Shown one piece after another: positions 1 through 13,500 of a stretch of 64,000 nucleotides of DNA. The translations under genes and the position numbers were made by a program. Position 1 is the stretch's first letter. Each line of letters starts with the position of its first letter. The notes under the pieces were generated by a model, which worked only from the letters and a program-made list of their open reading frames with translations, was not told the DNA's origin and did not search any database. This stretch comes from Lytechinus pictus (Eukaryota): contig NC_087261.1 of assembly GCF_037042905.1 (NCBI RefSeq), forward strand, positions 6,200,001-6,264,000, written 5' to 3'.

Positions 1-1605
1 AATATGGACCCATGTTTAAGGCCAGTATCTAAAAATTAGGGCCATGTTTAGGGAATTTCCAGCATAAAACCAAACCCCACGTTTAGGGATTTCTTCCAAA
101 AAAAAGCGACCCATTCCAGCGGCACATCCCCGTATGCCTTATTTCGTGAGAACACCCCCCCCCCCCCCCCCGGGCTCTGAAGGTATTCAACATTTTCTGA
201 ACGCTAATATATTTGACTTAATTGCTCTTATTTAATTTCCTCGTAATTTTTATATTATGGCTCGACTACATTGATTTTTTATTTGCATTTTGCAGATACC
301 ATATTAAGACTCGTGTCTAGCTATCATCAAAATTAGATCCAACTACTGACTTGGAGAGAAGCGACTATCACATTAAGGGCCGCAATCGGTCATGCATTGA
401 AGTTTTATTTATACCGGTATTAGAAATATGTATTTGTTTGCGATTTTGGTATATTTCTCCTAGGGCTGGCTTCAAATTGTAAATTTTGTGCGTGCCGTGG
501 AACTGTTCAACACAACTTCCAAGTCCGGACGGCTGCACACGCGTTGAGCCCGTTGACTGTAATGTACCGCCTACCGGTACCGGTAGATCCACCGTCGTCT
601 CGACTGGAGTGAAAGGGTCTAGTCACTTGTACAACTACAAAGTACAAGAACAAGTTCTGCTTTTGCCTGATCTTTGGCAGAGCCTTTCTATTTCTAGGCT
701 CAGGTTGTGGAGTAGGGATTTTCGTTTATTTCGTTCTCTGCTTATTTTATTGTTATTCTTTTACGGGCATTTGAACTAATAAGTACTTTCTGGTACTATA
801 ACTACCGTACTAAAAACTACTAATGCCTGGCCAGGATCAAACTTGGGGGTAAATCGCGGAATTTTCTGTGTATGGGGGGGGGGGGGGTGGGGTCGGACAT
901 CAAATTCTTAGCAAATGTGTGGATGCATACGTTATACCGGATGTGGTTTATACAGATATATAGGTCAATCGATATCTATTGTTAGGTTAAGAGTAAGGAT
1001 CAGGACATCATGTAAAGGGTGTACATGCTAGCTCGGAAGGACAGGTGTGGAAAAGTAGATCAGCCAATTACCTAATTGTGAAAACAAATCCTCTTCTTTT
1101 TAACCTTCTTTCAAGCCTAAAATTCAATTTTTCTTTAAAATTTTGAAAAATGTAGTCCTACCAAAAACCATCATTCTTACAAGTTTCAAAAATCACGTTT
1201 CTTGGAGAAAATCCATGCAGCGTGTTTCCTTCCCCTTGGCCTTAAAAATCCCACACTTAGGCAACTTTTAAGAAGTCACCATGTAATCAAAATAATATTT
1301 GCCTCACTGTAATGGAAACCTTAAAATAGACATAAGGAGAAAATTTTGTCCATTGACATCGTATGCCATTATGTTACCTGGTTATTGTTCATTCGTTCAC
1401 TGTTCGAGGTTCATGGGTGGAATCCCGAACCAACTGGAGAGTTGCAGCTCTGTAATTACCGATAGCTTGAAGTTGAAGTAGAAGTTCGTCTTGGTGAGAA
1501 ACACGCGGTGAAACTGTTCAGTATAGGACTTACCTTTAATTTTCAAATGGAATCTCCAAAAAAAAAATTTAAAAAAAATGCATACATGCCCCCTCCCCAC
1601 TGCCA

Positions 1606-2075
1606 TGTCATCACCATCGCCATAATCATCATTGACATATAATTATTGTAATCATCAAACTTTTAGGATTATTATCATAATTATTCTCGGCACCTTCATC
1701 ACTATCATTATCACCGTCAACATCATAAAACATTAATTAATCATCACCGAGGGGGCCGAAGCAGGGGATATATCCTATGTTCATAGGGTGTATCAATATT
1801 TGTCCCCCACCGCAAAATATTATCTTCTGATCCGCCGCCCATGATCATCACTATTATTGCTATTCTCGTGATTAATATTTCATAATTCTAATGACCAATT
1901 ATTAAGATCATTATTACCATCATCATAATCTCAACATTATAATTATCATCATCACCATTCTTGTCATTGCCATCATCGTTAGGATTACAATCACAATCAT
2001 CACCATCATGATCACCGTCATTACCTTTCTTTTCGATATCATCATCACGATCATAATACCCATCACTGTCATCAC
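1606..2075. repeat. Degenerate (CAT)n low-complexity tract
   Basis: Cryptic CAT/CAC/TAT triplets. Confidence 0.8.
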
Positions 2076-3809
2076 GTAAGTTACTCAGAAAACTGATTTA
2101 AAGACTGCCTAATTCGACGAATTATTCACTCAATTATTGTTTCAAACGTAAGCTTAAGTTATACCTCTTAGAGAGGTACAATGCTGCATCGTACTGATGA
2201 GCTGCAAATAATAATAATTGTAATTGTGTTTTTCTATTCTTTCTTTCAGTATACTCTCTATTAATGAATGAACACAAAATTATCATAACGGGGATCATAG
2301 TAGGTGGAGAAATAGGAAGAAAAGAGAGAATTATAGGGAGGTAAATTATGTGATATTCCCTCAAAACAATTATCATGCTTGAAACAAAATCACTAAATCT
2401 ATTTTTTAACACTTAAGAGGTCCATATTTTGGTAATTCTTAGCTTACATTCGTGTAATTGCACGCAAGTTAAATCAATCCATTATAGGGCTCGGGTCTCA
2501 TTTGAAAAAAAAAAACGGTATAGTGGTAGAATTAATGATAACATCGATGATTATGATAATAATGATAATATAAATAATAGTAGTAGTAGTAATAATAATG
2601 ATGCAAAAAGCTATGTGACTCTAAATACGGGCCTTGAGATTTGGCTCAGCCAGCAAAGAGTCAACATCAGGCAGATACTCGGACCCTAGCTAGAGCTGGA
2701 GAAGGAAGAAAGAACAAAATGGATAATTATTGGTTGGGTCTGAGCATGTAATAGGTCCATGGTCTGAGCAGGGAAGTGAGGGACGATTGTGAGTAATTTA
2801 TTTCAACGTTAACAATTTAAGTACTTTGCTTGGGACAGCTGCGCTGGCATACAAACTCGTAGTCAGCGTCTATCAACCCATTTCATTTCGCACGCGCGTA
2901 CGGCCGGCGGAGAACTGAGGCCAGGAACCAAGATTGTTTGCTGGCCTGGCCAGGCATGTGATGCGCGGCCGAGTAGATTCTAGATTCTTATTTTAAAGCA
3001 GAGCGATTCCACTGATCGCTACATGTGAGTTGTTTTCCAAGCCAATCAGTTATCGAAAATGTAATTGAAAGAAATAATATATGCCCATAATCTTTGCGAA
3101 TGATATAGAAAAGGTTTGCTGATTGGAGTCCTATCGCGATAATTATCGCAGCTCGAGACAGTAGTTCGCGGCCGTGGCCGTGCGCCGAATCACCGGCAAG
3201 AACACGGCGATATCTGCCACAGACTGGCCTGACGTTCACGCGCGTGAATATTGCGATAGTCAGACCCACATCGATTAGCGCGTTTCACGTGCGTTATCTG
3301 TCAACTTTATTTCGAGCGATACTGTACCATAGTCCTGTAGTTTTTTATATGTACCTAGTGGTATCCTAAGCTCTGCACACTTAGGTTGAATAGACAATAT
3401 GTCTTCTCTGGTGTACATGTAGGTAATAGCAGGCATTATTACAATAGTAGCTATAATGGTCCAGAGACTCACAACAATCACTAAACAAGTGTTAGCCATA
3501 GCTCTGCATTCATGTTCTAGTCACACAATAGAAGAGAAACACAATAGCTATTGTCATCAATACTGCTGTGCATGAGTACTGTAATGGTTGACCATTTGCT
3601 CATACATGAACATGAAGAAAAACACAAGTTCATCAGTACTCGTTCAATAGTTGTCAGTTCATCACAAATAAGATCTAGCAGGATCCTGGAGTAATACTAA
3701 AGAGACTGCTAATAAATTCAGAATACTACTCTTCAAATAATCACAAGGAATTAAACAAAATCACAGAGCTCAACTACAGGTGCAACCTCCTGGCGCCACT
3801 CAAATGTCA

Positions 3810-4000
3810 TGATTTTTTTGATGATGATGTTGATGTTGATTATCATGATGATCATTATTATGGATGTGATGATTGTGATGGTAATGATGATGATTATGGT
3901 GATGATGTGGATGATGATGGATGATAATGGATGATGATGATGATGGATGATGATGGTGATGTTGATGATGATGTTAATATTATTGTTGTCTGTATTGATA
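3810..4000. repeat. Degenerate (GAT)n tract
   Basis: GAT/GTT/GGT triplets. Confidence 0.85.
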
Positions 4001-4448
4001 TTAATCACAAGGATCCTGATAAAAATGAGTTTTCGCAGTTGCTATCGGAACAGATTCTACAACATAGAAAATCTATTGTCAAAAGCAGACTTTGTTTAAA
4101 ATTGGTGAATCAAAACAGCAGTTTCATGCGTGACTCTTGACAAACAACATACATGTATTTGAAATTTTTTGTCAGCTCGGAAGTTTACAATGATCAGCTG
4201 TCCCGGTTCACCAATTTCCAACAAAGTCCTCTCAGCTGTTCATTGTGATTTGACAGGCATTTTCAATAGATTTACTATGTTGTAGAATCCGTCCTCGTTG
4301 TAATTGCGAGAAACTCCTTGATATCTATGTCACTATTTCACTTTACCCATAGCAGGCTTTTCTTAAATGATTGATTTAAAAAAAATCTTGGTCATATGAT
4401 TCTTACATTTAGATGGATTTATGACATGAATGTTCATTTTTATTGTAG

Positions 4449-4560
4449 GTTGAAGAATGTTATTCTTGAGCAAGTTGATAGGACAGCAGTATCATCATCA
4501 ATCGTAGCCAGTGTAGAGCAGTGTGAATGTCCGCCAACCTATGAAGGTCTCTCATGCGAG
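4449..4560 (+). CDS. LAMA2: Laminin alpha exon 1 (in window): L4a end / LE half
   Basis: tgtag|G..GAG|gtaagg; LKNVILEQ...[16 protein letters not shown]. Confidence 0.92.
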
Positions 4561-7500
4561 GTAAGGAACTATAGACCCTCCTGCCCTGTTCTGGTAACAT
4601 TGCAATCCATAGTACATGTAACTACCATGGTTGCAGCCAATCAGTAATCATTTTTCCATGAAAGTTATTATGAAGTCAATTATTAACCCTTTGCGTGCGA
4701 CGGGCTTCCACAGAAGCCCAGCGAGTCGTTCACTTAGCTACGACGGGCTTCTACAGAAGCCGAGATTTGTTTGGTTTAATTCGATGAAGTTTTTCAGCTT
4801 TTTCGTAATTGTTATGTACTAAAACCTTTTCCACTATTTCCTTTATAAACGAATTCGATAATCAAATGAAAAAAATATACAGCTACGTGGAGAAAAATCC
4901 CCAAAATAGCAAATCATTTCAACTTTACCCGACTTTTTCGTTGGAGTCAGACGGGGAGGATAAATTTTGTGACGTGCACGTACGCGCGCGCACACTAGGC
5001 CTGATCACGTGATTTGTTCTGATCACGTGATTTGTTTTGATCACGTGATTTGATCCATATCGTTGTTCTGAAAGATAAGCTAAAATCTTTTCTGGAAGAT
5101 CGTCACGTAATAACCTACGCGTTTATTCACCATTTTCGTCTTATTTGTTTCATCAAGAAGATATCACTATAGATAGAATGATATCTCCTTGGTTTCATCG
5201 ATCGATTGTATTTTCAGAAAAACAAAAAGCTTGTAATGTCTTTTTAGTACTTTGAGCTGATCGCGGTGCACTTTTGAACTTTTTCCCTCCCCATCATCCC
5301 TCTTCTCATTATTTTTCTCTACTATTCTATAAAAAAAAAAAGAGAAAAGAAAGCAGTTTAGCACACCATTTATCTTATGCTCTTTTCAAAAGGGAAACGT
5401 CCATGTAGTTCATGATATCGGCACTTCCCAAACAAAAGAATGTCTGGGCGGCAACTCAAACAAATTCCTTCCGAAAAGAGCAGGATACAGATGGTCAACG
5501 CCCCGAACAAAAGGAAGATTAGCGTTTATCGGCAAGATTACCTATTGAATGCTCTTCGTACTTAGCAATACAAAAAGTTTTTATGAATACTTTTTTTCCG
5601 ACCAACATACCTTATCTAAAAAAAATGGTCTTAATTACCAACAAAACAGGTGCTTATGACATCGGTCAGTGATTCATTTTGCATAAAAGCGCTTCCCTGG
5701 GTGATGATGCATATGAGGATGAAAGAAGATTCATTTAGGGAAATTATAGAAAAAACAATGTTTATATGTCACGGAGAACGAGAGGGAATGAGAGACAGAG
5801 ATAAAACGGGGAATAGACAAGTGCGCTTTTGCTAAAATTCCATGATATACTTAAACGAATAACAACATGACTTTATATTTTGTTAGATTACTTTAAGAAA
5901 AATCTCCAAACATTTGTTTGTCGCAACTACATGTACTATGTCCTCAGATCCTTGTCAAACTGATGACTTTTTATTATTATTATTGTTTGACCTAGCTCCC
6001 CCCCCCCGACGGAAATGTTCTATCCTATACACTCTAATATTGCTTGTTTGTCTCCTCTCTCCTATTTTCTGTTTTTAATTGCGAGTAACGCGGTAAAGTT
6101 AAGAATAAAGACCGTTCTGGCTAGTCTTTTCCCCGTTACGACCCCCCCCCCCAAAAAAAATGATAATAATAATGATAATAAAATAAAAAAAATAAACAAA
6201 ATCGCATTTGAGATGTTTACCATGGTTAGCATCCAAACCAAAATATTTGGAAAAAAATTATGTTATACAGGGACAGCAATGTTTTGTTTTCTTATGGTGC
6301 AGGGTTTGAGCTGTGGGACGGGGGTGAATCGGCTAAAAAAATACATTTTTTTAAATTCATGTCAATATACAGAATGAATTTATGATAGGTTAGGTTTTAA
6401 AAGCTCTTTATCTTATTCTCTTTTTTTCTCCCAGATAAAAAATTTTGCATAGAAAAGTTGACGGAAACATTATCACTTCAAATTATAAAACCAATAATGA
6501 ACTAAGTTTCCTCGCCTGAAATGGAGGAAATAGAATGATATATGATGAGAAATTACGTTAAGGCACCCACTATAAAGAAACACGTTTGACTGGCGTGTCA
6601 TCAGACAGAACCCTCTCAATCCTACAAACTTTTATCCATGTGTGACCTACAACCCCCCCCCCCCAAAAAAAAAAAAAAAAAAAGTTGAAACCGACCCAAA
6701 CTTTATTGATTTCCTACTTATTCGCGAATTTCTTTTTTTTTACCGGCGAATTGCGTGGTAGAAATGATTTCATAAAGAAAATTTTTTTTTTTCCTTTACT
6801 GCAAACATTTGGGGCACTTACCCTGGTTAGCATATAAACCAAAATATCTGATTTTTAAAATAAAAAACAGGGGCCGCTGAGCGTTTGATAATGGAGAGGT
6901 TGAGCTGAATGTGGGAGGGAGTGGACTTGCCAAAAAAAATCACAAATTTATATAGACTTCGGATTTTTTGTACATGTTTGCTGAAAGGGGTGAGGACTGA
7001 AACTTCCTACCAACTCCGCAGCCTCTGTACTATTAGATAAAATGATTAGAACGATAGAGACAAAAATGAATTCTAACATAAGGAATGTTTTTTTTATAAT
7101 TTATTTATTACTTTGTTTTCGGTTGTGAAACCAAGGAGACAAATTGAAAAAAGAACAAAACGAAAGAACAAATAAAAATCCTTTTTATTGCGTAGGCTAT
7201 AATTTATTCAAGAAAAAAAATACTTTCTCTTACTTTCAGTAATTGCTAGCATGGCTCCTTTTTAGGGAAAAGTAAGATAAAGAAAAAAATGTAGAAAGTG
7301 ACAAGAAGAGAGTTGGGAGGTACGATTTCAGACTTAAAATTTTAGCCACTTTTACTCGTTTAACTCTGAAATGATTTCGGGATATTACAAATTGAATACA
7401 AGTGCGCAAACTTCAGGAACAAAATTATTTTATTATCATAGCTGCGTGGAAAATCGAATTAAATGAGACATATAATTTATGAAAATTTAAAAAAAAATAC

Positions 7501-10500
7501 TTTTAGTGAAAGTTTTAGGCCTCTGTCTTGCCATTACCCTAAGCCCCAAGTTCACAAAAAATAGTTTAGTCGTGCATTTTTATACGATCATCCTCATCAT
7601 CATTTTGTCTTTTGCGAAAGATTTCTACCTACATGTACGTTATCAATATAGAAAATGGAAAATGATATTAAATCTATTGTGAAGTGACAGTTACAATAGT
7701 GATTTTAAAGGTTTTTCGGGATATTATTTGAGAAACGGCGGGGAGGGGGGGGGGGCTAAATTTTCGACATGATGACCACGATGCAATTGGACGAGAGGCC
7801 CACAAATGCAACCATCTCCGATCAATACAAGTTGGCAAAATCAAGGCATAGTCTCGGAACCGTTTCCGATGAAGAGAGACGGGGGAGACGCAAGATGTAA
7901 AAGATGTAAAATGGCAGGTACTGAAAAGAAAAATTGAGAGAAAGGATTGAGGGGGATGGGGGCCCTGGGATGGGGGCAGGTATCCAAATCGGGGAGAAGG
8001 AATATGATACAGATATGGGGATATAGAAAGACGATAGATATAAGAAAGGGAGTGAAAGCGGTAGAAAATACCTTCAGTTACAGGTTAGAAACTAGAGAAA
8101 GGGAAAACGAGGAAATCCCTAATTGGTACCGTTTTATAAAATACATGCACATTTTATATTGACAAACGCGCAATAATTTAAACAAATTTACAATCCACAG
8201 TCAAATCGAAGGATTTCAGTAGCTTTTTAAAACGGGCCCCTGGTACACTTTTGAACCCCCCCCCCCCCGCTTTCTCTCGTTCTCTCATCTTATTGCTCTC
8301 ATTCTTGTCTTCTATTTCAAAGGAAATAAGCAGAAAATAAAGCAATTTAGAACACCGTTTATCCCCTGCTCTTTTGAAAATGAAAACGTCCACCAGTTCT
8401 TGATCTCGGCACTCCCCAAACAAAAGAAAGTCATGGCGGACGCCTAAACAAGTTCCTTTTCAGAAGAGCAGGAGACAAATAGCCAGTTGACGCCCTGAAT
8501 AAAAGGAAGATTAGTGTATTTCGTCAGGATGACCCACTGAATGCTTTTCGTATTTAGCAATACAAAAAGCTCTTAGGAAAACTGCTTTTCATATTACGAC
8601 AGTAATTTTTTTTATAAAGCAAATGTTTACTCACTTATTGACAAAACATGCAGGCGCTTAAAACATGGCAAGAACATTTTCTCTTGAGCATGACAGTGCT
8701 TTCGTCATAAAAAATACAATTTCCCCTAGGTGATGATACACAAGAAGATGTAAGTGAGATTTTAATAAAAAAAATAGAAAATGCAAATCGAGATACATGT
8801 AAAGGAGAATGATGAAACGACAGAAGAATGAGAGGGGAAAAAGAAATAGATCAAAAAGGTATAATGTAAACCATAATGTGCGCTTTTGCTATTGCATAAA
8901 TATTTACTTATACAGAATTATAGATTAGCTGGATGTGGGAGGGAGTGATCCGGCCAAAACAAAATCACAAGTTTATGGACTTCGCGTTTCATCTTCAGGA
9001 ACAAAACTATTTTTCTATTACAAACAATAATTAATGAAAAGACGAAACCGAAGGGGCGATTTTTAGTGAAACATTGAGGCCACCGTCTTAAAGCCCAGAG
9101 CCAAAGATCACAGTTTCGGACTTTCGTTACGCAGCATCATCATTGTACTTGCAAGGGAATATTTGCCCTTTTTTTATTCGATCTGGAAAATAAAGATATT
9201 TGGTATGCTGTGATTTCACACAAGATTATCATCGTAATTATACACTTTGCAAATGATCTCTATACAAGGACACCATTCTTGAGTAGCGTGACAATAGGCA
9301 GGGAAAAAAGCACTAGAGCAGACAACAAAGCTGTATCGATCGAACCCGACCCGTCCGCGCGTGCTGATTGCCCTTACGCATTTTTGTACGCAGTGCCTAT
9401 CGACTTGGGAAAAAGCGAAGATTTGACAAAATAATACGACTATTTCCTGGAAATTTTCTGAACTATTCTATTGATTTGAGAAGCTAAACCTTCATTTCTA
9501 GAAAGAAAAATGCATAATCTCTCATCTTTACATTTACTAAATATCCTGAAAATACTTCAGTTTGGCGCATTTAGCAATTGTTTAGGAAAACACCACCACA
9601 GATCCAAATACTACAATGTACCAAAACGGCTCCGCCGGAGGGAGAGGTATCCGGTTTCGCGGGTCCGCACGCAAAGGGTTAATAACAGGCCCATCTGGGA
9701 TGTTTTGGATAAATTCAAAGCCTAACATTTGTTGCCTTTTTTAATGATACATTTGCCCTTTTTAATGATACATTTAATTCAAGGAATTTGTGAAAATTTT
9801 CTGGTTTCAGGTTCAGTTTTTATTAATCAAATGATAATTCTACTATATCATTCAGGTGTGGATTTTATAAAAAAAAAATTTTCTAGGATTTTGAAAATTT
9901 ATTTTTTCTTAGATTCTTATTAATTTATTGATTACTTTTCACATCATTGATAACAATAGCTCTCTATACATCCATTGTAAAAATCTTAAAGGGGCAGGTG
10001 GATGTTTCGTAAAGTTGTTCATGAAGTTACATATGACTTTATGCGCAAATGGAACATGCAAGTAAGTACTAAATTAGGGATGAATCATGTAGCCACTAGA
10101 ACGGGTCACCTGTCATGTGTAAAGTCATTCATAACTTATGAACAGCTTTGTAGAATAAAATTATAAAAAATATGCCTTTTTTTGGGTGGGGGGTCTGGTC
10201 GTCTTTTTGTTATTATATATATATTTTTCAATGCCATGTGTGTGTGTATTTTTTTCTTGTTTTGTATTTTAAACATGTTATTATGTATACATGTATATAG
10301 TTAAGAAACATTTTAAGGCAATCTAATCACCTTTGGGAATATACCTGATATGCCTTCAGCCTTTGTCAATTCCCACCACATCATGATTTTGAACTGAATA
10401 TTTAATTTTAATGTTTTTTATTGTATATATCTATCGGCATATGAATTTGTACTGGACTTTTAATCAGATGTGGAAATAAATTTGATTTTACTTGAACTTA

Positions 10501-13500
10501 TGAAACGCACAGCAGGTTTTCTTTATTGCTAGATACCCTCTTGCTTTCTAAAGTTTAGAAATTTAATTTTTATAAATGAATCTTCTTCCCATCATTTAGG
10601 TAAGTATTTGCTTGCTTTTCTTTTCAGTGTTGCTCCCATACCAGTATTTTCTTGAATCACTTTTCAGTAATTGATGAGTAAAGCCTTTATTATTTATCTG
10701 TTTTGTCCATTAGTCTTGTGAATATGGCTACCGGCGTGTAAACAACGCCCTCTATGGTGGAATATGTGAAAGGTGTGACTGTAACAACCACTCACCGGAA
10801 TGCGATGCGTACACGGGAGAGTGCTCAGTAAGTTACTAAGTAGTCTTACATGATGTCTTTGGCAGCATTTTATGAAAGGAATTGTTGGATGTTGTTATCT
10901 TACAAAGTCTGTTTTATTCAATAATTACCTTAGTAATGTGTTTTGGGGAGTTAATTAAAATCAAGGAGAGTTTTCAAATCTGACAACTTGATGGACGAAA
11001 ATATGAATTGTTCCACTAAATATGTCTGAAGGAACTTAACTGAAAACAAGTATTAATCAGTGTTGGGAGAAAGAAATTGATCGACTTACATGTATGGTTA
11101 ATTGAAAATGGTATTTCATGTAGTAATAACTATAATATTGAATGTGACTTAAAAAGGTGAAAATGAACACTCTGACTTGAACATTGTCAAGGATTTGAAT
11201 CCCTGTTATGGTGTGTTTTCCTTCAGCAAGAAATTTATCCATATTGTGCTGCCGTCAACCCATGTTTATATGTGAATTGGCAAGTGGTAGGATTTCTATC
11301 TTGAATGCAAAGAGCACTCAAAATGGCAGCTTCCTTGAACCCAAGCCAGGATGATAAATATTAGTACACCTTGGAATAGATTGTTACTAGATAGATAGAT
11401 GGTAGTATCTAAATACCTTCTACTATTAGTGTTTTTACGAGATTATGCCAAGTAAAAATAAACAACTACTTCCATGTATAAGTTAGAAATTATACCTTGA
11501 CAGCGAAGAAAAGTGAGAGGCAATATACAATATTTTTTTTAAGCAACAGAAATATGAAAACACAACTAGTATGCTCCCTTTTTTTTCAGCAATGTGATCA
11601 CAACACATATGGACCTCATTGTGAATATTGTTTAAATGGTTTCTATGGAGATGCAACATCCGGTCTAGCTGATGCCTGCCAACCCTGTGCCTGTCCATTA
11701 ATGGAACAGGGATCAAGGTTAGTTATGGACATCAGTTTTCGATATTTCAGTCTTGTATGAATTATTCATGGAAACATTCATGCAAAATGGATATCGTGTA
11801 ATGTCTGGAAATCAAGCACTTTATTGATAAAATTATTAGCCATTATGTTTTTTTGTCATATTTGAAGTGGCTTTCATAATTTTCATTAAAAATATTTAAA
11901 AATCTTTCTTCATTTTTCTTAAAAGATATATGTATCAAGAATGTCGCTAAAAGCGCTGTAAATGAGATCAATTTCCCTTTAAATTGATATTTACAATAAT
12001 ATTAACTTGAATTACATGTAGGTACAAGAAATTAGATTTTAAAATGGCCATATCCCTCAAACTTTATATCATTTAAAGCTGATCAAATACATAGAAATAA
12101 TGTTTTTCCTCATTGTAATGCACGTTACGTACACTTGTCAATTGTGATCTTGTCCACAGCTTTAGTGCCACCTGTGTAGCTGACGATCGATACGGGTTTG
12201 TGTGTGATCAGTGTGTTACCGGACATGGAGGACCACGATGTGACAAGTAAGAATGCCTAAATTTGGCTTATTTGAAGTCTTTCATATGATAAAACTTTCC
12301 CTTTTGGGTGATAGAGTCATCTGTTGAAAGATGTTACGCAAGTTAAATTTACCTATGTTGAATCTTTCCCAAAATCTCAGATTCAGTATCATAAATCTGT
12401 CTTGTGCATTCTCTGTTGGTGGTGTAATTTGTTCTTTAATTTGATCTGATCATTCCCAGAATAACAAAACATCATTTGCTTTATTAAAAACAAAGAAACA
12501 ACAGGGCCTCAGGATTTTGCTATAAATGATGGAATAAAAAATGGCTAGCTAGCACAGGCATTTTAGCTGTGTACATGTATATTAGTTTAATTTATAATAA
12601 TAATAATTTTTATGATATATGAAATTGATAAAGCACATGATAATTGGTAAAGGCTCTCTATGCACTTTACGAATATCAAATCACCATCATTCATTTAGTG
12701 TAACAAAATCTTTGATCTCTCTGTAAATCAGATGTGTTGATGGTTTCTATGGCGATCCCATGATGACGGGCATGGCCTGCAAACCTTGCTCTCTGAACTG
12801 TAACAGTAATCTGAATACATCTTCACCGGGCAGCTGTGATACTGTCACCGGGGCGTGTCTCGTATGTAGGGAAGGTACTGCTGGAGGTCACTGCGAGAAG
12901 TGCGCCCTCGGATATTATGGAGACGCATTGCAAAGGACTTGCCAAGGTTTGTTTCCAAAGTTTGACCAAGACCAGATTTTTGATTTTTTTTTAACTTGAA
13001 GATGACAACTGTATTTGAGTTGCATTAACTTAAGAATGATTTCTAAGAATTAATGTGCTTGCTTGAAGTATTAAAAGCGATATGGACTGATTACTTTACA
13101 TCCTCTCAGGAGGATTTTACAGGTATTAATATCTTATCAAAGGAAATAATAATATAAACTTTGTGTTGAATAGAAAACTACTAACTTTAAAATATGAGAT
13201 AATGGATGTAAATGAATCGATGTATGAATGAATGATTGGATAAATCAATTATAGAATGATTGAATTAATGAATGTTACAGTGGCTGTAGTTCAAATGAAT
13301 TCAAATCTGGTTTGTTCTTGTGAATAGATGTAACTGGATTTACCTCACTTTTACAGCAATTGCATTTATCCTCCCCCTCTGTGTTTCCTGATTCAGAGTA
13401 TTCTTCATTTTAAGTCAAACCCTTCTTATCTCCTTCCTTTGTTTTGACCAGCTCATGAATGAAGCCATCTTAGAAAATTTTTAAAAATGCAATGAATCAT

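Noticed and set aside
3275-3720. Hydrophobic 74-aa minus-strand ORF and a nearby TIER motif suggesting a GPCR fragment
   Set aside because: Neighbouring frames contain stops, and no other 7TM motifs or splice support were found.
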